DNA of 64,000 nt, taken from the NCBI GenBank assembly GCA_965213855.1, contig CBDCAA010000002.1:8401-72400 (forward strand). Direction: 5' to 3'. The position numbers were made by a program, and so were the translations under genes. Of the stretch, positions 50,156 through 59,100 are shown in pieces; position 1 is the stretch's first letter; each line of letters opens with the position of its first letter. The notes beneath the pieces are model-generated. The model worked only from the letters and a program-made list of their open reading frames with translations, made no database searches and was not told the origin of the DNA. Source of the DNA: Acetobacteraceae bacterium. Lineage in GTDB: Bacteria; Pseudomonadota; Alphaproteobacteria; Acetobacterales; Acetobacteraceae.

Positions 50156-53100
50156 AGCCCCTGCTCCGTGATGTTCGGGACCAGCAGCGCGCCGTCATCC
50201 TCCTGCTCGCGGAAGAACCCGAGGCTCAGCTCCTTCAACGGATTGCCGATCGGCAACGCCTGGGGCCGCAGCACGACGCAGTTTACGCTCGCCAGCGCGC
50301 AGGAGTTGATCTCGTAACGCGGGTTCGGGGCCGGCGACACGGCCGAAAGCCCTGCAGCGCCGGTCCCCGACTGGCCCGCCACCGTCCCGCTTAGCCGGAT
50401 CCCCCCCGCGCCCGGCCCGGTGCCGGTGTAGAGCGCGAACAGGTTCCGCACCGTGATCTGGCCCGAGGCCGACCCGGCGCCAACATCCACGATCAGGTTC
50501 CCGGCCGGCACGAAGAGGTTGCCCAGCACGATCTGCCCGGCCCCGCTCGTCAGGTCGATCCGCACCGTCGCATTCGCATAGCCGGCCAGCGGCCTGATCG
50601 ACGCCGTCGGCGATTGCACCAGGCTTGACGTCGCTTCGAAGTAACCGCCCGGCGCGCCACTCCCGGCTGTCGGCAACGCCGCCGCCTTCACCCCGCTCGG
50701 CTGCACCACCCCGCCCAGGCTCAACGCGCCGCCCGGCAGCGCGATGCCGTCCGCGATCACCGTCAGCAGCGGCGTCGCGACCGTCCCGCCCAGCGTCGCC
50801 GATCGTGCCGGTGCCGCAGCCGGGCCGGATAGCGTCAGCGACCCGCCCGCATTGCTGGTGCTGCCCGCCGCCAACACGACGTCGCCGGCTGCGCGAAGCG
50901 CGATCGTGCCGGCCGCATCCAGCGACCCGGTGCTCGACAACGTGCTCACGCCCGCATCGAGCCCGATCGTCGCCGCCCTCACGCGCCCGCCAACCGAGAT
51001 GCCGTTGGCCGTGACCGACGCCGCCCCACTGGCCGTCACGGTCCCACCCAGCGTCGCGCCCCCGCCGGACACGGACGTGATCCTCCCTCCGGCCAAGGTC
51101 CCGCTCGGTCCGACCGTCAGGCTCGACCCGGTCGACACCTGCAGCGCCGGCGCGCTCACGGTGCCCTCCACGTCCACCGCCGCCGCCGTGATGCCGACCT
51201 GCGTGCCTCCCGTCAGCGTACCCGTCACCAGCGTCGTTCCGGGCCCCGCCGTGGCCGTCAGCACGCCCGCGGCCTGCACCACGCCGCTGATGGTCGTCGC
51301 GGCGCCCGACGCCAAGCTGACGCTCTGCCCGCTTGCGGCGCCCGCGATGGCCAGCGCGCCGTCAGTCGTCACCCGCAACGCCCCGCCCGCCGCTACCCCG
51401 TTCTGGACCGTCAAACCGCGGGTGTCGCTCAGCGCCACCGCGCCGGGCGCGCCGATCGGCCCGGCCTGGTCGAACCCGCCAGCAACGGAGAGGTCCTGCC
51501 CGGCCGACCCGGTCACCGTCCGTGCCGAGGCCCCGCTCACCAACACGCCCTGCCCGGCCGACACGCTCAGCGTCGCCGGCGTCGCGACTCCGGTGCCGCT
51601 CAGGCCGGCCGCAGCCGTCAGCGTCACCGCGCTGCCGGCCTGCAGGTTGCTGAACGACAGCTCCCCTGCCGCTTGCCCCTCCGGATCCGAAGGCGTGCGC
51701 GTGCCGGCCTGGGCCGAAAGCGTCAGCGCGCCCGCGGCGCTATCGTTCGTGGCCACCAGGTTGCGGCTGTCGTTCAGCGCGAGGTCGCCGGTTCTCGTGT
51801 TGAACTGGCCGAGCGTCGCAATCTGGTTGCCCTGCTGCGCCGTCGCCCCCGTCGTCGCCGTCCCAAGTGTCGCCGCCGTGGCCGAACCCGTCAGGACATC
51901 CGCCACGATCGCGCCGCCGCCGGCCTCGCTGATCGCGCCGGACGCCACGACCGTCACCGCGCTGCCCGCCAGCGTCCCGGTGATGGCGATCTGCCCGTTG
52001 GCGCCGGACGTGGTGATCGTCAACGGGCCGCCCGAAACCGCTGCCGTGGTCGCATCCAGCGGATCGCCCGCCGGCCCCGCCCGGACGATCCCTGCCAGCG
52101 TCAGCCCGGCCGCCTGCTGCGTCACCCCGGCGGCACTCACTTGCGCCGTCGGCAGGTCTGCCAGGACCAGGCTCAGCCGCGCCTGGTAGTCGGACACGGT
52201 GAACAGATTGTTCGCTGCCCCCCCGAAGCTCGCGTGCCCCCCCGCCGCCGCGGCGCCGAGCGTGTAGGTCGGTCGCCCATTCGCATCCGTGCCGCTGGCC
52301 GAATACCCGGCGCTCCCCGTCAGGGTCAGCCCGGTCAGCGCACCGCTCGCCGTCGTGTCCCCGGCCGAGTGGAGCTCGATCGTGTCGGCGCCGATGCTGC
52401 CGACCGCCAGCGTGCCGCCATCGAGCCGCACGACCGACGGGCGATAAGCGCCCACCACAGCCGTGTTCGAGGCGGTCGCGGCGGGCGCGTTCAGGTCGCA
52501 GCCCGGGCAGTGCAACGCCAGGTTCAACCCCCCGGCCGCCACCCTTGCGTCCCCGGCGAGCACCGCCGGCGCGAACTGCACGGCATACCCCAACTCGGTC
52601 ACTTGGACCTGGTTCGCCGACAGGGTCCCGCCCAGCCCCGCCCCGCCGCCCGATACGCCGGCCCCGGCCAGGAAGATCGTCCCGACGCCCGCGCCGGACC
52701 CGGCCTCGATCGTGCCGCCGGACTGTCCGACCTGCCCGCCGGCTGTGATGCGGACGGCGCTGCCCGAGGCGATGAGCCCCGCGCTCTGCAGGAAGTCCCC
52801 ACCGGTCGCGATGCCGAGCACGGACCCTGCGGTCAGCACCGCGCTGCTCGCCAGGCTGCCGGACGCGCTCACGCCCAGCGTGTTCCCCGCCGTCAACACC
52901 CCGCTCAGCGTGCCGCCGGTCGCCGTGATCGTCAGGTCGTTGCTCGCGTAGACGTCTCCTCCGCCAAACGCGATCGGCACCGGCGTGTTGCCGGCCGCCG
53001 TCGTCGCCAGCCGGTTCGCATGCAACTGCCCGCCCGTCACCGTCGCGCCACCCGCGATCGCCACGGTGTTGCCGAAGACCTGGCCCCCGGACAGCGTCAG

Positions 53101-56100
53101 CCCGCCGCCGAGCGTGACCAGCGGCGCGTCGACCGTGCCCGCCGTGACCGTCGATCCCAGCGCCGCCTGGATCGCGACCTGGCTCTGCGCGCCGACGGTG
53201 CCGCCGGCCACCGTCACGGCCGGGCCAGCCCCATCGGCCGTCAGCACCACGTTGCCCGACGCGATGACCGGCACAATGCAGGCCCCGATCGCCCCCGTGA
53301 TCGTCACGGTGATCGCGTTCGCCGTGATGCTGGTGTTGTCGCTCGTGACGTTGCCCGTGACCGACAGGGGCGACGCGCCGCTCGGGCCATGGGCCTGCAA
53401 CGTGAACGCGCCCTGCGCCGAGATGACGCCGTTGGCCGGCCCGGTGCCGACCGTGAAGTCGCCCAACGCGGCTACGCCGTTCGTCGTCGCCGCGGCTTCC
53501 AGGAGGCTGACGTCGTAGCGGGTGGCGCTGGTGTCGACGGTCTGCGCGCGGCCCTGCAGGGTCCCGGCCGTGATCGTGCTGCCCGGCCCGCCTGCACCGT
53601 TGAGCGTGATCGCGGCCTGCCCGGCGCTGCCGTCGCGCGCGACCAGCGTCACTGTCTGTGCCCCGGCATTAAGCGCTGCCGCGACGCCGGCATCGCCGAT
53701 CGCGATCGTGCCACCGACCCGGCCCGCACCCTGCACGGTGCCGACGCTGAGCAGGCCGAGCGCGCCGGCGCCGGCCGACACGGTCCCGTGCACCACCAGC
53801 CCGCCTTGGCCGCTATTGGCGTCCGGCGTGTCGGCGATCGCCAGCGCGGCGCCGGCTGCAAACCCGTTGAGGACATCGAAATGGTTTGCGGGCGCCGCGC
53901 CCGGCGCGCTCGCAAGCGTCAGCGGGCCGAAGCTGCCATCGGCGAGGCGGCCCACCAGCCGAACCTCGCCACCTGCCTGTCCCGTCAGGGTTCCGGTCAC
54001 GGCCGGGTTCGCCCCGCCCGCCTGCCGCCCGATCGACAGTCCCGCGGCCGTGTTCTCGGTGATGTCGCCCGTCGCATACAGGCCCAGCGTCGCCGCGAGG
54101 TTCGTGAGCCCGAGCGGTGCATTCAATGCCAAGCTACCCGCCGCATGGGTCAACGTTCCGTCCAGGCTGCCCAGCAGCAGGCTCTGCCGCCCGCCACTGC
54201 CGACGTTCGCCGCCCCGCCGATCGTGCTGATTAGGCCGAGTTGCGACGACACCAGCGAACCCGCACCGGTCTGCGCCGCATCCACGCTCATCGCCAGCCC
54301 GGCCGTCAGCGGCGCGATCGCCACCCGTCCATCCAGCGCCTCCACCCGCGGCGTGGCGCCGAGGATGTTCAGCCGGTCCGTCTGCAGGCTGATCTGGTTG
54401 AACAGCACATCCGTCGCCGCCAGGGCCGAGGGGGCCGGCGCCGGGCTCGGTCCGACCGGCCGGGCGTTGGTGGCGAACGCACCCCCTTGCACCAGCCCGA
54501 ACCGCAGGCTCCCGCTGTGCGCGACGCCGTCGACGGTGATGGCCGGCGCAGTGAGCGCGATGGTGCTCGCCCCCATGCTGGTCGCGGTCTGGGCGCCGCC
54601 GGCCGCCACCAGGTCCACCACGGTCAACGTCCCCCCGGTGGTCAGCGTGACGCTGCCGCCCGCATAATACGGCCCGAGTTGGGCGACGCTGTTGCCCGCG
54701 TTGCCGAGCACGACCGACCCCGCCGTGGCCGGCGCATTCCAGGTCGGCAGCGCGTTCGCGGCGGGGGTGAAGCCATATCCGGCCGTCCCCAGAAGCGTCC
54801 CCGCCGTCACGATGCCCGACGCGGTCTGGGTGGTGTCGCCCACCGAATGCAGCTCGATCACGTCGGCAGCGATCGTCCCGAGCACCAGGCTGTTGCCATC
54901 CACCCGCAGCGTCGCCGGCCGGCCCGTCCCCGGCGTCGCCACCAGCGGATAGGTCGCGGACGCGACGTTCGCGTCGCAGCCCGGGCAATGCAGCGTGATC
55001 GGCTGCAGCGGCCCGACGGCGACGGTCGCCGTCCCCAGCAGCGCGGGCGGCGCGAACGTCAGCGCGACGTTCGGTTCCGACACCTGGATCGTCCCCGCCG
55101 ACAGGACCCCCTGCAGCAACGCCGTGCTGGCGGGCCCGGTGCCAAGCAGCGTGACCGTGCCCGACCCCGCCGCTCCCGACCCGGCCTCGATCGTGCCGGC
55201 CGTCTGCGTCACGTTGCCGCTCGTGCTGATCGTGACGGCCGCGGTCGCCGCGATCGTTCCGGCCGCCTGCGTGAAATCCCCGGCCGTCATTACCGTCAGG
55301 CTCCCGCCCGCCGCCAGCGCCACCAGGCTGGCCGGCGTGCTGCCGAGCGTGAGCGGGCCGGCGGAGTTGATCGTCAGGTTGCCACCGCTCGCGATCGTCC
55401 CGTCCAACGTCGGCGTGCCGACCGTCACGGTAAGAGCGTTGTCGGCATAGACGTCGCCCGAGCCCTGCACGGTCACGGCACCCGGATTCAGAGCATGCGC
55501 CCGCAGGCTGCCACCGCTGACCGTCGTGCCGCCCGCGACCGTGACAGTGCTGCCCAGCACCTGGCCGCCGGCGACCAGCAGCCCGCCGGTGGTGACCCCG
55601 ACCGTCGGCCCGTTCAGCAACCCCGAGATGGTGGTGAGCCCGCTCGACGCCAGCACGACACCGCTCTGCGCCCCGACCGTTCCGCCGATGGCCAGCAGCC
55701 CCGTGTTGTTCAGCGTCACCGTGCCGCCGATGCCGCCCACGGCGCAGGCGCCGATGCCGCCGCTGACCGTCATCGCGTTGGCGGTGATCGTGATCGTCTT
55801 GGCCGCGACCAGCCCCGTGACCCCCAACGACGGGCCCCCCGATCGCACCGTGAAGCCGCCCTGCGCGGACAGTAGCCCGCTCGGCAGCGTCGTGCCGACC
55901 GAGACGTTGCCCAGCGCGGCGACCGCGTTCGACGCGTTCCCGAGCACGACGTCATACGCGGTCGCTGCCGTGTCCGCCGTCGAGGCCCGGGCCGCGAGCG
56001 TGCCGGCGGCGAGGGTGCTCGCGGCCGTCTGCGTGATCGCCGCCGCCGTCGAAACGCCATCGCGCGCGGCCAGCGTCACCGTCTGGTTCGCAGCACTCAC

Positions 56101-59100
56101 CGTCGCCGCGGCCGTCGCCGACCCCAGCGCGATCGTCCCGCCCTGCCGCACCCCGCCCAGCACGGCGCCCACGCTCAGCAGCCCGAGGTCGCCAGCTCCC
56201 GGCGCGATCGTGCCCGTGACGGCCAGCCCACCAAGGCCGGCGCCGGCCACCGCACCGTCCGCGACGCTCAGGCCGTTGGCGGAGAAACCCGCCAGCACGT
56301 CGAAATGATTCGTCGGGACGATCGTGTCGGCGTTGGCCAGGGTCAAGGCGCCGTTGCCGCCCGTCAGCGTCACCGCCCCGGCCGCCTGCCCGGTCAGCGT
56401 GCCCACGATCCTCGGCGCCGCGCCCACGGCCGGGCGCCCGATCGTTAAGCCGCCCGGCGCCGTCTCGTTGATCGCGCCGCTGGAATACAAACCAAGCGTG
56501 CCGGCGACGTTCACAAGGGTCATCGGCGCATTCACCGTCAGGCTCGACGGCGCCCCCGGGAGCGTCCCGTCGAGGCTGCCCAGCCGGAGCGTCTGGGGTC
56601 CCCCGAAGCCGATGCTTGATGCGGTGCCCAGCGTGTTCACCAGCGCGAGCTGCGGCGCGACCACCCATGTCCCGGCCGAGGCCGCTCCATCGACCGAGAC
56701 CGCCGCCCCGGCGGTGAACGGCGCGATCGCGACCACCCCGCCCGCCGCGTTCACCACCGGGGCGGCGCCCGACAGCGTCAGGTGGTCGGTCGCGAGGCCC
56801 ACGGTGCCATAGGCCGTGGCGGTCGCCGCAATCGTCGGCAGCGCGAAGATGCCGGCATTGGCCGGGCGCAGGGCCGTGCTGAACGCGCCGTTCGTCACCG
56901 TCCCGAGCGCGACGAAGCCGGACGCGCCAAGGCCGTCCACCGTCAGCGTCGGCGCCTGCAGGGTGACCGTCTGGTTCGCCCCGGCCACGACCTTGTCCAC
57001 CACCGTCATCGCGGTGTTCGAGGCGACCGACAGGATGCCGCCCGCATAATAGGGGCCGAGCCTGGCGATGCTGTTGGGCGCGATCAGCCCCGCGCCGCCC
57101 GCGCCGGCCGGCGTGTTCCAGGTCGGCAGCGCGAAGGGCTGGATCGTCACCGCATAACCGGCCGTCCCCAAAAGCGTCGCGGCCGTGAACGGCGCGGTCT
57201 GGGTCGTCGAACCGGTCGAATGCAGCTCGAGCGTGCCGGCCGTGAAATTCGACGTGAGGTTCAGCGTGCCGGAGTCTACCCGCACCGCCGCCGCCACCGG
57301 GCCGGCAATTAGGCCGCCGGCGGTCACGCCGATGCCGGGCGACAGGCCATCGCAGGACGGGCAGTGCAGCGTGACGGCCGCGGCCGGCGCGGTCTGGGTG
57401 AACCCGCCCGCCAGGGCGGTGGGACCGAAGCTGACGGCCGCGAATGGCTCGATCACCTGGATGGTCGGCCCAACGAGCGTCCCGCCCAGCGTTACGGCGC
57501 CGGAGCCGACCGAATACAGCGTCACGCCCGCCTGGCTTGCCAGCGTTCCGCCCGACTGCGTGATCGTGCCGCTCGCCGGCACCCCGCCACCGCCGCCGAT
57601 CGCCAGCGACCCGCCGCTCACGATCTGCCCGCCGGTCTGGATGAAGCCGCCCTGTAGAGTGAAGCTGATGTTGCCCGGCGCGAACACGTCCGCACCCGTG
57701 CTGAACACCGGCGTGGCCGACGGCTCCGTCACGCTGACCGACGGCGCGCTGATCACCGACCCCGCCGCGAACCCCGTCGAGACGAGCGACAGCGCGGCCG
57801 GCGAATAGACCGAGCCGCCGGTGAACGAGTAGGTGCCGCCGAGCCCGCCGGTCAGCACCAGCGTCCCGCCGCTCTGCATCACGTTGCCGCCGATGCTGAC
57901 GAGGTTCGCCGCAACCGAACCGCCCGTGAGCGTCAGGCCGTTGTTGATCTGCAGCGTGGCCGTCGTGGACGCCGGGTTGCCCGCCTCCAGGAACCCGGCG
58001 GTCACCGTCGTCCCGGTCGCCCCGTTCACGACCGTCTTGTTCTCGCCGCCCACCACGCCGGCGATCGTCACGTGGCCGGTCGCGTTCAGCGTCACCAGCC
58101 CGGCCGTCACGGGATCGATCGCGCAGGCGCCAACGTTGCCGTTGATCACCAGGTCCGTGGTCGACAGCGTCACGTTGCGCGCCGTCGCGGTATGGCCGGC
58201 CAGCTGCGTCAGCGGCTGGGTGTCGGCGAGCGCCAGGTTGCCCTGCTTGACGGTGAAGTCGCTCAGGTTGCCGATCCCGTTGCCGATGCCGTTCAGGATG
58301 GCGTCGCGGCCGGTCGTGACCGCCGCGTTGGCGTCGCCGACCGTCCCGGTCAGCGTGCCCGCCGTGATCGTCCCGGCGACGGATTGCGTCAGCCCCAGCA
58401 CGCTCGACAGGCTCAGCGTGTTGGCGCCGACGTTCACCGGCCCGGCGAGGTTCAGCGCGCCGGTGACGTCGAAGGTCGCATGTCCGGTCGCGGACGCTGC
58501 GGCGATGCTGGTGAACGTGTTCGCCTTGTCCAGCGTGGTCGGCCCCGCCGTGCTGGTCGTGTCCACGAACCCGGCGTTGATCGTGCCCGTCGATTCCGTG
58601 ATTGTCGCGGCGTTCAGCGTCAGCTTGTTCGCGCTGCCGACGTCCACCGCGCCGGCGATGTCGAGCGCACCCGTGGTGGTGATCGCGCTGTTGCCGGTTC
58701 CGCTGGTCAGGCCGGTGGCCGCGGTCCCGAGTGCGCCGATTGCGTTGCCCGGGTTGTTCAGCGTAATCGACCCGCTCGCGCTGCCGACGAGTTGCCCGGC
58801 GCCCACCGGCGCCGTGGAAGCCTGGTTGACGCTGCCGGTCGTGCGCAATTCGAGCGTGCCGGCGATGCTGAACGGCGACGCGAACGTGATCGCGGTCGCC
58901 GCCGCACCATCGGCGGGCGTCGTGACCCCGTCCGACAAGCTGGCCTGGCCGATCCGCACGCGGGGCGCCGCAAGGGTCGCCGTCGGGTCGATGACCGTCG
59001 TGTTGCCGATCGTCAGCGCTGCGCCGTTCGTCGTCGCCAGGTCGATCCGCTGCCCCGCCGTGACCAAGACGCCCGGCCCGACACCGGCCGTGTTGCCGCT

